64,000 bases of DNA, taken from Gemmatimonadota bacterium. Lineage in GTDB: Bacteria > Gemmatimonadota > Gemmatimonadetes > Gemmatimonadales > GWC2-71-9. This document shows positions 8,538-19,507 of the stretch, piece after piece. The translations under genes and the position numbers were made by a program. Location: the NCBI GenBank assembly GCA_003221895.1, contig QHUJ01000118.1, forward strand, positions 3,925 through 67,924, given 5' to 3'. Each line of letters starts with the position of its first letter. Positions within the stretch are counted from its first letter, which is position 1. Under the pieces are notes generated by a model. The model ran no database searches and was not told the origin of the DNA. It saw only the letters and a program-made list of their open reading frames with translations.

Positions 8538-11500
8538 TAGAGCGCTGCTCCGCCCAGCACTCACGCACGAGTGCCGGGCCGTTTTCCCGCACCAGCGCGA
8601 ATTCCAGCAGCTCGACGAAGCTCGCGGCCGCATCCTCGCACTGGCCCGCGCGCAGCGCCGCAACCGCCGACAGCTCGCGCCAGCGCGCCGAGCCGGGACG
8701 ACGTGCCGCGGCGTAGCTGAGAAGGCTGTCCGCGAGCGGAGCGGGTGCGTCGAGCGCGATCTGACCGAGCGCCTGCGCGAGAAACTCGCCCGGAAACGGA
8801 TGGCGGAATGTTCCCCGGGCGGCGATGAGAGCGCCCCGAGCCTGAGACACCGCTTCGCGCCAGCCCGCGCTCCGGACGGCGATCAATGACAGCGCGGCGC
8901 GGACCTGCGCCGTGTCGGCGCCTGCAGCCAGCGCCTCTCTCAGCGCCACCCCGGCCGACGGCTTGTTCCTGGCGGCCGCGAGCAGCGCGCGCATGAGCAG
9001 CGCGTCCGCGTTCGACCCCCGCGCGATCGCCAGGCCCAGGAGCGAGTCGGCCGTTGCGGTATCGCCCATGGCCAGGCGAACGCCCGCTGTTCGCACAGTC
9101 CACTCCGCGGCATCCGGCTGCGCGCGCCGCGCCGCGTCGAGATATGGAAGCAGCTCTTCATCGCTGCGCCGCGCGGCCAGAATATGGATCAGCGCGAACG
9201 GCGACGTTCCATCTTCGCGGTTGCCGATCCGCACCACCGAGTCGAAAACGGCGTAGACCGCGCTCGTGGGGTCGAGGAAGCGGCGGGCCGCCACGAATTC
9301 GAGGCGCGGGCGATTGTCGGTGTGATCGAAGCGGGCGCGCTCGACGAGCCGCGACACACCGGGCTCGCCCAGCAGGAGCCTGCCAAAATACTGGTCGGGT
9401 GAATCGATACTGAGCCACTCGCGCGTGAGGTCGTGCAAGCGACCACCGGGCCCGATCAGCGCGTCCAGCCACTTCTGGTCATACGCTAGCGGGCGCGACG
9501 AGCCCAACACCACAAGATCGGCGGTTCCACCGAACCAGACGTTCACGTGCGGGAATACCTCACGCAGGCTGCGCACGATTCCGGCGACGATCGGCAACGG
9601 CAGTTGGTACAGCTGGATCCATTGGCAGAAGACGCCGTCATCGGAAAGCCTGGCCTTCGCGATGCGGAAAAACTCCGGGGTGTACAGCGTCGCGATGCCC
9701 GCAATCCACGGGTTGGACGGCTCGGAGACGATGATATCGTAGCGATCGAGATCGAGCTGCAGCGCGCTGCGGGCGTCGTCGATGACGACCCGGACGTTGG
9801 GACGGAAGAGCACCGAGTCGTTGACGCCCCGGAAAAGGGTGTCGGTCCCCATCACGGCGGGCTCGATTTCGACGACCTTGACGCGCGCCATCGCCGGCAC
9901 GGAAGCGAGCACGTGAGCGGTGACGCCAGTTCCGTATCCGATGAGCAGCGCTGATGCCGCACCGGGACGGGCGACGACGGGCGCCAGGCCGATCATGATC
10001 TGGGTGTCCATGTCGCCGCGATCCGACGCGTCGACTTTGCCATTCACCCGCAGCGATCGCCCGGCTTCGCCCTCCCAGACGCTGACCGTGGCGTTCGGCC
10101 CCTCGCGGAATGTCAGCTGGCGCACGCCGCGGTGGGTGAGAAACTGACGCCGGGCCTGCTTGTCCATGCGCTGGCGGGCATAGATCGTCGGCCCGAGGTC
10201 GATCAGCCGCGTGCTCCAGCCGGGGCCCACGAACGCCGCCACGACCGCCAGCATCCCGAGGACGCCCGCGGACATCACGCGGACGCGCAGGCGGCGGTCG
10301 TCCTGCGAGCCCTCGGCGATCCCCCGCGCAGCGAAGCCGGCAAGCGCGAGCGCCGCGAACCCATTGACGACCAGACCGATGCGCAACGTGGTTTGCGTAC
10401 CCAGCACCACGACCAGCACGAAGCCGGTCAGCACGGCGCCAAGGATGCTGCCCAGGGTGTTCAGCGCGTAGGCCGCGCCGACATCGGCGGCGCGCGCGTC
10501 GCGGGGCCGCGCCGTGAGATCGGTGAGCAGGGGAAAGGTCATTCCCATGCCGATCGCCGGGATAAGCACCACGGCACCGACGGCCACACCCATCAAGAGC
10601 AATCGCAACGCCGCGCTGAGATCGGGAATTTGAAACACGGCGATGATGTAGGTCGGCAAGAAGCCAAAGAAGAGGAACAGCAATGCGGCGCCCATGCCTG
10701 TGATGCCCTGGGCAACAGCCGCCGCAGCCGCGGTTTCATCCCGTGCCAGGCTGCGACGCGCGACGATGACGCTCCCGAGTCCAATCCCGAGCAGGAAAAC
10801 CAGGAGGATGAGCGTGAACGCGTACGTGGAGCCTCCGACGATCATCACGAGCACGCGGGTCCACGCGATCTCGTTCAGCAACGAGGCGAAGGCGGTGAGA
10901 CCCAGGAGAACTAAGGCGAGGTTGTGGAGGGCGGTGGAGGGAGAGGGGGAGGGCAAGGGCGGTGGAGGATGGTGGAAGCTCTGCGCTTCCACCACCTGCT
11001 GCTGGTCGCGACCAAGGTGAATCGCCGCGAAGCCTATCGCGACGTTGAGCAGCGCGGTGACCCACAGGGAGGCTCGCACGCCGACAAACTCGATCAAAAA
11101 GAAGCCGGCAAGCGCGGTGCCCATCATTGCGCCGAGTGTGTTGAGGCCATAGAGCCGGCCCAGTGAGGGCTTGAGGAGACCGCGATCGTCGCCCATGAGC
11201 GCACGTGTCAGGACAGGCAACGTCCCGCCCATGAGTGTCGTGGGGATCAGCAGCACGAGCGCCGCCAATCCGAAGCGCAGCGCTACACTGGCTCCGCCCT
11301 GGAGCGCGAGGGCGCCGGCAGTGCCGATGTAGATCCAGTGTGCCAGGCCGAGCACCAGCGGGGAGATGACGCCGAAGGCACCGATCGCGATTTCGAGCCA
11401 CCCATACAGCACGGCGGGCCGCTGCGACCGGTCGGCGATGCGCCCGAACAGCCACGCGCCCAGCCCCAGACCGCCCATGTACGCCGCCACGACGGTCGTG

Positions 11501-11625
11501 ACCGATTGAATGGTCGAGCCGAACGATTGAAACAGCACCCGCACCCACAGCAGCTCGTAGATGAGCCCGGTGGTGCCGGAGAGAAAGAAGAGAACGCTAT
11601 AGGCGAGGGCCGGCTTAGAACGCAT
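8443..11625 (-). CDS. Fused polytopic membrane domain / spermidine-synthase-like methyltransferase-fold domain / C-terminal TPR-like helical domain protein
   Basis: Many TM helices in the N-terminal half. SpeE-like core [14 protein letters not shown]...VVEIEP...[14 protein letters not shown]...LYTPEFF. The probable start is ATG 11625 ([17 protein letters not shown]), overlapping the upstream stop by 11 nt. The ORF-track start at 11703 is an upstream extension. Confidence 0.85.
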   Translation of the reverse strand: MRSKPALAYSVLFFLSGTTGLIYELLWVRVLFQSFGSTIQSVTTVVAAYMGGLGLGAWLFGRIADRSQRPAVLYGWLEIAIGAFGVISPLVLGLAHWIYIGTAGALALQGGASVALRFGLAALVLLIPTTLMGGTLPVLTRALMGDDRGLLKPSLGRLYGLNTLGAMMGTALAGFFLIEFVGVRASLWVTALLNVAIGFAAIHLGRDQQQVVEAQSFHHPPPPLPSPSPSTALHNLALVLLGLTAFASLLNEIAWTRVLVMIVGGSTYAFTLILLVFLLGIGLGSVIVARRSLARDETAAAAAVAQGITGMGAALLFLFFGFLPTYIIAVFQIPDLSAALRLLLMGVAVGAVVLIPAIGMGMTFPLLTDLTARPRDARAADVGAAYALNTLGSILGAVLTGFVLVVVLGTQTTLRIGLVVNGFAALALAGFAARGIAEGSQDDRRLRVRVMSAGVLGMLAVVAAFVGPGWSTRLIDLGPTIYARQRMDKQARRQFLTHRGVRQLTFREGPNATVSVWEGEAGRSLRVNGKVDASDRGDMDTQIMIGLAPVVARPGAASALLIGYGTGVTAHVLASVPAMARVKVVEIEPAVMGTDTLFRGVNDSVLFRPNVRVVIDDARSALQLDLDRYDIIVSEPSNPWIAGIATLYTPEFFRIAKARLSDDGVFCQWIQLYQLPLPIVAGIVRSLREVFPHVNVWFGGTADLVVLGSSRPLAYDQKWLDALIGPGGRLHDLTREWLSIDSPDQYFGRLLLGEPGVSRLVERARFDHTDNRPRLEFVAARRFLDPTSAVYAVFDSVVRIGNREDGTSPFALIHILAARRSDEELLPYLDAARRAQPDAAEWTVRTAGVRLAMGDTATADSLLGLAIARGSNADALLMRALLAAARNKPSAGVALREALAAGADTAQVRAALSLIAVRSAGWREAVSQARGALIAARGTFRHPFPGEFLAQALGQIALDAPAPLADSLLSYAAARRPGSARWRELSAVAALRAGQCEDAAASFVELLEFALVRENGPALVRECWAEQRSTTGSGIPLPGAEGKRGAPGTGAAAGRVEERR

Positions 11626-13744
11626 GGAGCTCGCGCATCGCCTGCGCGAGATCCTCCACCTGGGGCAGGATATAGTCTTCGAGGTCGGGGGCGTACCCGA
11701 CAAAGGTGTCCGTCGACGCGACGCGCTTCACCGGCGCATCGAGCCAGGCAAAGCATTGATCGGCGATCCGCGCGGCGATCTCGGCGCCGTAGCCCCAGGA
11801 CTGGGCATCCTCGTAAGCCACGATCACCTTGTTCGTCTTCCGGATCGAGGTCTCGATGGTCTCCCAGTCAACCGGCGCCAGCGACCGCAGGTCGATGACC
11901 TCCACGCTGACGCCGTCTTTTTCCTCGAGCTCCTTGGCGGCGACCAACGCGCGCTGCACGACCGCACCATAGGCGATCACCGACAGCCCTGTCCCTTCCC
12001 GTACCACCCTCGCCTTTCCGAAGGGGATCATGAAGTTGGGACCGGGATTGGGAGCCTTGTTGTAGGTCTGGCGATACAGATGCTTGTGCTCGAGGAAGAG
12101 GACGGGGTCGTCGCAGCGAATCGCCGTTCGCAGCAGCCCGTTGGCGTCGAGCGCCGTCGCCGGACAAATGACTCGCAGTCCTGGCACGGAGGTGAAAATG
12201 ACCGCGCCGGTCTGTGAGTGATAGACCGAGCCGCCCTTGAGGTAGCCGCCGTATGTGACGCGCACGACGACCGGGGCACTGAATGCATTGCTCGAACGCC
12301 AGCGCATGGTGGCGAGCTCGTTGCGCAGCTGATGATAGGCGGGCCAGATGTAGTCGAAGAACTGAATCTCGACCACGGGCTTCAGCCCCCGGGTCGCCAA
12401 CCCGATGGCCCGGCCGACGATGTTCGCTTCGGCGAGCGGCGAGTTGTAGACGCGATCGCTGCCGAACTGGCGCTGCAGACCCCAAGTGACTTTGAAGACG
12501 CCGCCTTTGCCCTTCACTTCCTTGAGGTATTGCTCGCGACTGACGTCGGCGACGTCCTGGCCGAATACCAGGATCCTGGGGTCGCGCGCCATTTCATCCT
12601 TCATGCAGGCATTGAGCAGATCCACCATGGTGGTCGGCTCGCCCGTGAAATGGGGATCGTCTTCGGTATCGAACTGCTCGGACGTGGGATCGACGTCCGG
12701 CGAGTAGACCCACAGCGTCGCGGTTTCGGGCTTGGGCTGCGGCGACGCCAGCGCCATATCGACGGCGACCTGAATCTCCTCTTCCACTTGCGCCTTAATG
12801 GCCTCGATCTCGCTCTCAGTCGCGACCCCTTCGTCCAAGAGATGCTTTGGGAAGGTCGTCAGCGGGTCACGTTTGGCTTCTTCTTCACGTTCGCGAGGGG
12901 GCTTGTAAAGGATTTCATCGTCGGAGAGAGAGTGCGAGTAGGGCCGAGTGACGTGCGCATGCACGATCGCCGGCCCCTTGCGCTGGCGGCACCATTCCGC
13001 CGCGCGCAGGACCGCCTCATACGATAGAATCGGGTCGCTGCCGTCGACTTCTTCGAGCAACAGATTGGGGAAATTGCGCACCAGCTTGGATACGGAGCCG
13101 CCGGCGGTCTGGACCTCGATCGGCACCGAGATGGCGTACTTGTTGTCTTCGATGAGAAACAGGACCGGCAGCTTGAGATTGCTGGCGCTGTTCAGTGCCT
13201 CCCACCATTCGCCTTCGCTCGTCGTGCCGTCACCCGCCGAGCAATACACGATCTCGTCACCGTGGATCGGCTTTTCCGTTATTCCCTCGTTGCGGCTGTA
13301 GCGCAGCCATGCCTCGGCGCAGCCCACGGCCTGCAGGAACTGGGTGCCTGTGGGACTCGATTGGCTCACGATGTTGAGCTGCTTGTGCCCCCAGTGCGAC
13401 GGCATTTGCCGACCGCCCGAATTGGGATCGTCGGCGGCGCCCACCGCAGCCAGAAACATCTCCGTGGGCGTCATGCCGAGCGTGAGACAGATGGCCCGAT
13501 CGCGGTAATAGGGATAGAACCAGTCGTAGCCGGGACGCAGGACTTTCCCGGCGGCGACCAGCACGGCTTCGTGACCCGCACCGGAGATCTGGAAGAAGAT
13601 CTTGTTTTGCCGCTTGAGCTGGATCTCCTTGTCGTCGATGCGGCGCGACAGGAGCATCAGCCGGTAGATATCGAGAAGATCAGCCTTGGAGAGTGTAGCC
13701 GACGGAGGCGCCACTTTGCGAGTGACGCGCTGACGGGTTGCCAT
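11615..13744 (-). CDS. 2-oxoacid dehydrogenase E1 component, fused alpha/beta subunits (TPP-dependent)
   Basis: Alpha part: [29 protein letters not shown] (TPP motif). Beta part: VFGQDVAD...[29 protein letters not shown]. The probable start is ATG 13744 (MATRQRV...). Confidence 0.9.
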   Translation of the reverse strand: MATRQRVTRKVAPPSATLSKADLLDIYRLMLLSRRIDDKEIQLKRQNKIFFQISGAGHEAVLVAAGKVLRPGYDWFYPYYRDRAICLTLGMTPTEMFLAAVGAADDPNSGGRQMPSHWGHKQLNIVSQSSPTGTQFLQAVGCAEAWLRYSRNEGITEKPIHGDEIVYCSAGDGTTSEGEWWEALNSASNLKLPVLFLIEDNKYAISVPIEVQTAGGSVSKLVRNFPNLLLEEVDGSDPILSYEAVLRAAEWCRQRKGPAIVHAHVTRPYSHSLSDDEILYKPPREREEEAKRDPLTTFPKHLLDEGVATESEIEAIKAQVEEEIQVAVDMALASPQPKPETATLWVYSPDVDPTSEQFDTEDDPHFTGEPTTMVDLLNACMKDEMARDPRILVFGQDVADVSREQYLKEVKGKGGVFKVTWGLQRQFGSDRVYNSPLAEANIVGRAIGLATRGLKPVVEIQFFDYIWPAYHQLRNELATMRWRSSNAFSAPVVVRVTYGGYLKGGSVYHSQTGAVIFTSVPGLRVICPATALDANGLLRTAIRCDDPVLFLEHKHLYRQTYNKAPNPGPNFMIPFGKARVVREGTGLSVIAYGAVVQRALVAAKELEEKDGVSVEVIDLRSLAPVDWETIETSIRKTNKVIVAYEDAQSWGYGAEIAARIADQCFAWLDAPVKRVASTDTFVGYAPDLEDYILPQVEDLAQAMRELHAF

Positions 13745-13757
13745 GCTGAAAGATAGC

Positions 13758-15419
13758 CTAGTTCGGTCCGGGCTTGGGAGCCGGGGTCGCGGCGGAAGGC
13801 GTGAGCAATTCGCGTAACCGCGGGAACTGCTCGACAGCGACTCGAATCGTCCGGTCATTGCGAATCAGGAATTCCTCGCGTCCCTCAGGCCCCCACCGGA
13901 CTTCAGCCGTGCGCGCCGCGAGGATGCGCGCGAGCCGCCGGTCGAGCAGGCTGTCGGTCGCGGCGGGAACGCCAAGTCGCGTGCGCACGCGCGTGAGAAA
14001 CGGCGGCAGCAGTTTAGCGCGCCAATCGTCCTCGGCCGTCAGCCATGCGGCGCGTGCCGCCGGCGTCGCGGCCAGCGTCTGAGCGACGCTGTCTGATACG
14101 GCATCGTCGAAGCCGGAATCGGCGGCCGCGCTCCACCAAACCGGCAGAGGGGCGGCGAGCGGCACCACGATGTCCGGAGCGATGCCGCCGCCACCGCGGA
14201 CCGCTCGTCCCGCGTCCGTCTTATAGATGGTGGTCGTATCCTGTGCCGCGCCCGACTTGCCGGCGAAGCTCAAGTACTGTTCGTAGCTGATGCCCTGGTA
14301 GCGGCGCTGGATAACGCGGCCGCTCGGCGAAATCACGTGGCCGACGGTGAGATGGATGTAGTCGCCCGAAGGAAGCAGAAAGTCCGTCTGCATCAGCGCC
14401 TTGCCGAAACTGCGCCGGCCGATGAGCAGGGCGCGATCGTGATCCTGAAGCGACGCGGCGACGGCCTCCGCCGCGCTGGCGCTGCGCTCATCGATCAGCA
14501 CCACCAGCGGAATGTCGCGGAAATCGCCGTCATGCCTGGTGATGTAGGTCGTGTCGGTATCGCGTTTGCGGCCGCGCGTGCGGAACACGACGGAGTTCTT
14601 CTGCAGGAACTCGCCTGCGATGTCGACCGCCGAGACCACCTCGCCACCGGGATTGGACCGGAGATCCAGGATGATTCGCTTGGCGTGCCAACCCCGCAGT
14701 TTGCCCAACCCGTCGTGCATCTCGTCGGTGGCCTTGCCCATGAACTCCTCGAGCCGGATGTAGCCGGTGATCGAGTCGACCATCCGCACGATCGAGACGG
14801 AACGGATCTCGAAGGGATTGCGCTTGAGCGTCACGCTGAACGGGTCCGGGTCCAGGCGCGGCCCGCGCTCGACTCCCAGCCGCACTTTCGATCCCTTTTC
14901 GCCCGCAAGGCGCAGCTCAACGGTCGGAATGTCGAGTCCCGCGATAGCCGTGTCGTTCACCAGTACGATGCGGTCGCCGGGGAGGACGCCACCTTTCGCC
15001 GCCGGGCTGCGCGGCGCGACGGTGAGGACCGTGGGGGCACCCTCCACGTCTTCGAGCGCGATGCCGACGGTGTAGAGCTCCCCACGTTCGAGCGCGTTGC
15101 GTTTGGTCTCGTCCGCACGAGACACGTAATAGCTGTGGGGATCGAGCGAGCGCAGCACGCCGCGAATCGCGGCCGCGACGAGCTCAGAGTAGCTGACGGA
15201 GTCGGGATAGTTCGTCCGGATGTGATTCAACACCCCGGAGAACGTCTGCAGCTCCTCGTAGGCGGCGCGCTGCTGTGACCGCGCCGCCGATGGCACGCTG
15301 GCGGTTAGCGCCGCGAGAGCCGCGAAGCTAGTGCAGCGCAGCCAGCCGCTGTTTCGCGTTCTCGAGTTGGCGTGCGTACCGGCTGGGCGCAAGTGCGATA
15401 AAGCGATCGAGCGAAGCAC
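13758..15419 (-). CDS. S41 family C-terminal processing peptidase (secreted); start uncertain (GTG 15419 or TTG 15392)
   Basis: PDZ-like [15 protein letters not shown], catalytic Ser region [17 protein letters not shown] and Lys region [11 protein letters not shown]. Hydrophobic signal [15 protein letters not shown]. Confidence 0.88.
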   Translation of the reverse strand: MLRSIALSHLRPAGTHANSRTRNSGWLRCTSFAALAALTASVPSAARSQQRAAYEELQTFSGVLNHIRTNYPDSVSYSELVAAAIRGVLRSLDPHSYYVSRADETKRNALERGELYTVGIALEDVEGAPTVLTVAPRSPAAKGGVLPGDRIVLVNDTAIAGLDIPTVELRLAGEKGSKVRLGVERGPRLDPDPFSVTLKRNPFEIRSVSIVRMVDSITGYIRLEEFMGKATDEMHDGLGKLRGWHAKRIILDLRSNPGGEVVSAVDIAGEFLQKNSVVFRTRGRKRDTDTTYITRHDGDFRDIPLVVLIDERSASAAEAVAASLQDHDRALLIGRRSFGKALMQTDFLLPSGDYIHLTVGHVISPSGRVIQRRYQGISYEQYLSFAGKSGAAQDTTTIYKTDAGRAVRGGGGIAPDIVVPLAAPLPVWWSAAADSGFDDAVSDSVAQTLAATPAARAAWLTAEDDWRAKLLPPFLTRVRTRLGVPAATDSLLDRRLARILAARTAEVRWGPEGREEFLIRNDRTIRVAVEQFPRLRELLTPSAATPAPKPGPN

Positions 15420-16506
15420 GCGCTTCCTCCTTCTTGTTGAGCTGCTGCTCCACGACGCCGAGGTAATACGGCACGCGCGAGTCGCGCGGGTTTGCGTCCA
15501 TGGCCTGCTTCAGCGTTTCTTCGGCCCCCGCCCAGTCTCCGGACCCGGCGAGCGCTTTGCCCAGATCGAGCAGCAGGCTGGGGTCGTCGGGGTTCGCACT
15601 GACGGCGGCGCGCCGTTCCTGGATCGCGGCGGGCCAATTCAGATTGGTTTCGGCAATCGCGGCGAGCCGGGAGTTGGCCATATAGAGCCCGATGTCGTTT
15701 TCGAGCGCCGCGCGATAGTACCGGACCGCGTCCTCGAGCTTGCCCGCCCGCTGGTACAGCACGCCTAACATGTAGCGATACTGGTTGGGCTCGATGGGGA
15801 TATAGTAGAGCAAGGAATCGGGTGAGTGGCGGTGCTCTGCGTTGTCGAGCAGGCGCGCGAAGTCGCCGATCGCGTCATCCCACCGCTCGATGTGCGCCGC
15901 GGCCAGGCCGCGGAAATAGTAAACAAACTCCGGCAGGGCCTCGCGGTCGGCAGGAGTATTCTGGTCGTTCACGAGGCGATTGAACCGATTGTAGGCGCCT
16001 TGATAATTGCCGCTCTCGATATCGTCGAATCCACCGAAGAGATAATCGTACAGGTTGGTGAGCTCTTCCGTCGCGGTCCAGTAGGCCGACTTCGGGGGCC
16101 GGGCTGCCGCCTCGATCCGCAGATCCACGAGTGGGTTGATGATGAAGGCGCGCTCGTAGTTTCGCCACGCCTCGTCGAGCTTGGGTTGGAACTCAGCGGA
16201 GACGCGATGCTCGGCGATATCGTCCCACAATTTGGTGCGGCGTCCGAACGGCAGACGACTGAGCGCAAGCCATCCTTCGGCAAACTGTGGCTCGATACTC
16301 ACGGCCAGGTGCAACTCGCGGTCGACGTCATCCCACCGTTTCGCGTTCCAGTAGCCGAGCGCCAGGTTGTAGTGCGCGGCCGCGTCGTTCGAGTCCTTGC
16401 GGGCGAGCGTTTCGAGCTCGTCGAGCTTCTTGGGAAGTCGGAATTGCGCGCGTGCGAGGTTTGTTCCTGTCGCGACGGCCACGGCGAGGAGCAACCAGAC
16501 CTTCAT
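15328..16506 (-). CDS. Secreted TPR-repeat protein, paralog 1 of 3
   Basis: Signal peptide MKVWLLLAVAVATGTNLARAQ. TPR-like helices. C-terminal [24 protein letters not shown] is shared with the two paralogs. Confidence 0.85.
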   Translation of the reverse strand: MKVWLLLAVAVATGTNLARAQFRLPKKLDELETLARKDSNDAAAHYNLALGYWNAKRWDDVDRELHLAVSIEPQFAEGWLALSRLPFGRRTKLWDDIAEHRVSAEFQPKLDEAWRNYERAFIINPLVDLRIEAAARPPKSAYWTATEELTNLYDYLFGGFDDIESGNYQGAYNRFNRLVNDQNTPADREALPEFVYYFRGLAAAHIERWDDAIGDFARLLDNAEHRHSPDSLLYYIPIEPNQYRYMLGVLYQRAGKLEDAVRYYRAALENDIGLYMANSRLAAIAETNLNWPAAIQERRAAVSANPDDPSLLLDLGKALAGSGDWAGAEETLKQAMDANPRDSRVPYYLGVVEQQLNKKEEARASLDRFIALAPSRYARQLENAKQRLAALH

Positions 16507-16526
16507 ACGATTCTCCGGTTAGAGCA

Positions 16527-17741
16527 CTAGGGCGACTGGGCCAGACGCCACTTGGCGTCAAAGATTTGCGATTGATAACGGCTGGGCGCGAGTGCGATGA
16601 ACTGCTGGAGGGCTACGCGCGCCTCGGCGCTCCGGCCCAGCGCCAAGTCTGCTACGCCGAGCGCGTAATAGGCGAGCGTCTCCCGCGGATTGAGCTCGAT
16701 CGAGCGACTCAACTCTGGAACGGCTTCCGCGTTGCGGCCCGCCCGCTGCAGGGTCGCACCCAGGTCGAATACCAGACTTGGGTCTTCGGGGTTCGTTGCC
16801 ACCGCGCGCTGGCGTTCCTCCACCGCCAATGGCCAGTCCTGCTGCTGCTCGTGAATTTCCGCAAGGCGAATATGGGCCGTATACACGCCGATGTTGCGCT
16901 CGAGGAGCTCCTGATACGCCTGGATGGCATCCTCGCGATGTCCCGCAATCTGCTGCACAAACGCGACGACGAACGTGTAGTCATCCGCACTGCGCGGGGT
17001 ACGTGCGAACGCCATTTGCAAAGACGCGTTGTGTTCGGCGCGAAGACGCAAGCGGTCCACATCCTTGATGGCGATATCGAACAGCGACAAGTGAGCAGCT
17101 GATAACGCGTGGTACCAGATGAACATCGCGGCGACGGAGTCAGACTTCCCCGAGCTCCGCGCCATCAAATCCGTCAAACGATCGTACGCCTGTTGGAAGC
17201 GCCCCTCGCGGAAGTCGTCCATCGCCTGCGCAGTGCCGCCGGCCCACGCGAGCGGGATTTCCCAGCGCGTGGGTCTGCCGAGATCGAGCATGGGGTTGAG
17301 CAGAAACGCAACGTGCGCCAAGCGACGGGATTCCCGCGCCACACTGTCGTCGCCGATCACCGTGATCGCTACTGGCATGCCTCTCCAGTTGGCCAGGATG
17401 CGGTGTACGGACCGTTTTCGCGGGATGGCGGAGAGATAGAAGTATCCCGGAGCAAACTGCGGATCGATCGCGATCGCTTCATGGAGCGCGGCTTCGCCTT
17501 CGGCGTACTGCTTCTTCTCCAGATAGGCAACCGCCAGTGCGAAGTGTGCGATGGGGTCGTTGGAATCCGCCCGCGCCTTGGCAACCAGCGTGGGGACATC
17601 ATCCGGAGCGGACGCCTGCGCAGTCGCCGCGCCGGGAAGGGCGAGATTCAGCACGAGGGCAACCCAGAGGCAATTGCGACTAATCACACTGTAGAGGGCT
17701 GGTGTTGTCACAACGATGCTCAGGTGTATCGCGAGGGTCAA
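16527..17741 (-). CDS. Secreted TPR-repeat protein, paralog 2 of 3 (likely start GTG 17687)
   Basis: Collinear similarity to paralog 1 ([55 protein letters not shown]). GTG 17687 yields the signal peptide (M)ISRNCLWVALVLNLALPGAATAQA. Confidence 0.85.
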   Translation of the reverse strand: MTLAIHLSIVVTTPALYSVISRNCLWVALVLNLALPGAATAQASAPDDVPTLVAKARADSNDPIAHFALAVAYLEKKQYAEGEAALHEAIAIDPQFAPGYFYLSAIPRKRSVHRILANWRGMPVAITVIGDDSVARESRRLAHVAFLLNPMLDLGRPTRWEIPLAWAGGTAQAMDDFREGRFQQAYDRLTDLMARSSGKSDSVAAMFIWYHALSAAHLSLFDIAIKDVDRLRLRAEHNASLQMAFARTPRSADDYTFVVAFVQQIAGHREDAIQAYQELLERNIGVYTAHIRLAEIHEQQQDWPLAVEERQRAVATNPEDPSLVFDLGATLQRAGRNAEAVPELSRSIELNPRETLAYYALGVADLALGRSAEARVALQQFIALAPSRYQSQIFDAKWRLAQSP

Positions 17742-17764
17742 TATTCCGCCATCTTGAGATAAGC

Positions 17765-18244
17765 ATGGACGAAGCCGCCAAGAAATCGGTCCTCCGCCAC
17801 TTCCCCTACGGCCTGTACGCCGTTACCGTCGCCCACGACGGCGAGGATCACGGTATGACGGCCAATTGGCTCACGCAGGCGGCCTTCGAACCCCCCATGG
17901 TCGTGGTCGCCATCGAGAGCACCTCAAAGACGATCGGGATGATTCGTGATTCCCACCACTTCGCCATCAACCTGTTCCTGACGGGGCAGCGCGAACTCGC
18001 GGGCAAGCTGGGACGCAGCTCGGAGCAGGCGCCGCAGAAGCTCAAAGGCATCAAGACGAGGCCCGCGCCCGTGTCAGGCACGCCGGTCCTCGTCGACGCG
18101 CTCGGTTGGGTCGAATGTCGCGTCGTTGCCACGCTCCCCGCCGGCGATCACACGCTCGTGCTCGGCGAGATCGTCGCCGCGGGTATCGAGCACGACGGTG
18201 ACCCGCTCACGCTGCAGGAGGCCGGCTTCAAGTACTCCGGTTGA
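17765..18244 (+). CDS. Flavin reductase-like (FMN-binding split-barrel) domain protein
   Basis: FPYGLYAVTVAHDGEDHGMTANWLTQAAFEPPMVVVAIE and GDHTLVLGEIV are typical of the flavin reductase-like domain. ATG at 17765. Confidence 0.85.
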   Translation: MDEAAKKSVLRHFPYGLYAVTVAHDGEDHGMTANWLTQAAFEPPMVVVAIESTSKTIGMIRDSHHFAINLFLTGQRELAGKLGRSSEQAPQKLKGIKTRPAPVSGTPVLVDALGWVECRVVATLPAGDHTLVLGEIVAAGIEHDGDPLTLQEAGFKYSG

Positions 18245-18250
18245 AGCCCC

Positions 18251-19435
18251 TCACTTCGGCGCGGGCAGCTTGTCGAGCCGTTGCTGGGCGTCCCCGCGTA
18301 AGTCCGCCATTCGCAGCGGTGCGAGGGAGAGGAACCTGGCGTATTCCTCGCGTGCCATGTCGGACTGACTGAACGCCTCCGCCGCACGACCCAGGAGGTA
18401 GTGCGGCGGCGCGTAATGTGGGTTCAGACTGGCCGCGTGGTAGGATTGCTCCACGCATTCGCGCACCTTTCCCGCATTGAAGAGCGACACGGCCAACTCG
18501 AACAGCGCGGCCGGATCGTCACCGCTCACCTCCGCCGCCCGCTGGCGCTCGACCAGTGCCGCCGAGTCTCGGCCCGACTGCTCGTAAATGCTGGCCAAGT
18601 AGCTGTGTGCCATCACGAGACCAAGATCGTGTTCCAGCGACTCTTGGTACAGCGCGATGGCGCTATCCCTGTTCCCAGCGAGATGGTGCAGCGCCGCGAG
18701 CATGAACCGGTAATCGTTGTCGCCCAACGGAATGCGGATCACCTCGCTCTGCAGCTTCTTCTGGCTCCGCTCGAGCAGGACGCGGAAATCGGGAATGGCG
18801 AGACCGTATTGCCCGCTGTGCGCCGCCGCGAGACCGCGGTACAACAGGATATAATCGGGGACTTGCTCGGGATGCTTCGGCTCATTGAACTCGCGCTGGG
18901 CGAGCTTCGTCAGCCGCTGCTGGGCAGATTGATAACGACCCAGCGCGAGATCGATTGCCCACGCATAGTAGCGCAGATAAACCTGGGTCTCGGGCGCGGT
19001 ATAATCGACAATCTCCGGCTCCTCCACATCGATCCCCATAACCTCGAGACTGACCATCGGATCGGTGCGAAACGCCCGTGCGTAGAATTCGGCTGCTTCC
19101 TTGACCGCCGGCTTCCATGACTCGGGCACGCGATCCCGAGCCTCCTCATCCACCAACTGTGGCCGGCGGGCCTGCGGCAGCAGCGCCAGCGCCAGATACG
19201 CCGCCGCGAAACGGGGCTCCAGCGCAATCGCCGCCCGGAGCAAACTGTCGGTCTGGCGCCACTCGTGTCGTTTCCAGTGCGCCAGAGCGAGGAGGTACTT
19301 GCGTTGTGAATCGTTGGTATCCGCGGTGGCCCACGCCTCGAGATCCTTGAGATCCCGCTTGAGGATCGGCAGTTGGCCTTGCGCCTGGGTCAGCGCGATG
19401 CACAGCCCGACAAGAACCAGCGAGATCCTGCGCAT
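18251..19435 (-). CDS. Secreted TPR-repeat protein, paralog 3 of 3
   Basis: ATG 19435 gives the signal peptide MRRISLVLVGLCIALTQAQG. Collinear with paralogs 1 and 2 (DTNDS, LEPRFAAAYLALALLP, RGLAAAHSGQY, RFLSLAPLRMADLRGDAQQRL). Confidence 0.85.
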   Translation of the reverse strand: MRRISLVLVGLCIALTQAQGQLPILKRDLKDLEAWATADTNDSQRKYLLALAHWKRHEWRQTDSLLRAAIALEPRFAAAYLALALLPQARRPQLVDEEARDRVPESWKPAVKEAAEFYARAFRTDPMVSLEVMGIDVEEPEIVDYTAPETQVYLRYYAWAIDLALGRYQSAQQRLTKLAQREFNEPKHPEQVPDYILLYRGLAAAHSGQYGLAIPDFRVLLERSQKKLQSEVIRIPLGDNDYRFMLAALHHLAGNRDSAIALYQESLEHDLGLVMAHSYLASIYEQSGRDSAALVERQRAAEVSGDDPAALFELAVSLFNAGKVRECVEQSYHAASLNPHYAPPHYLLGRAAEAFSQSDMAREEYARFLSLAPLRMADLRGDAQQRLDKLPAPK

Positions 19436-19507
19436 GCAGTCACCTGTATCCGCGACCCGCTGAGTATGGGGCCAGCGGTCCACCACATCGACTCGAGCGC
19501 CCCAGAG

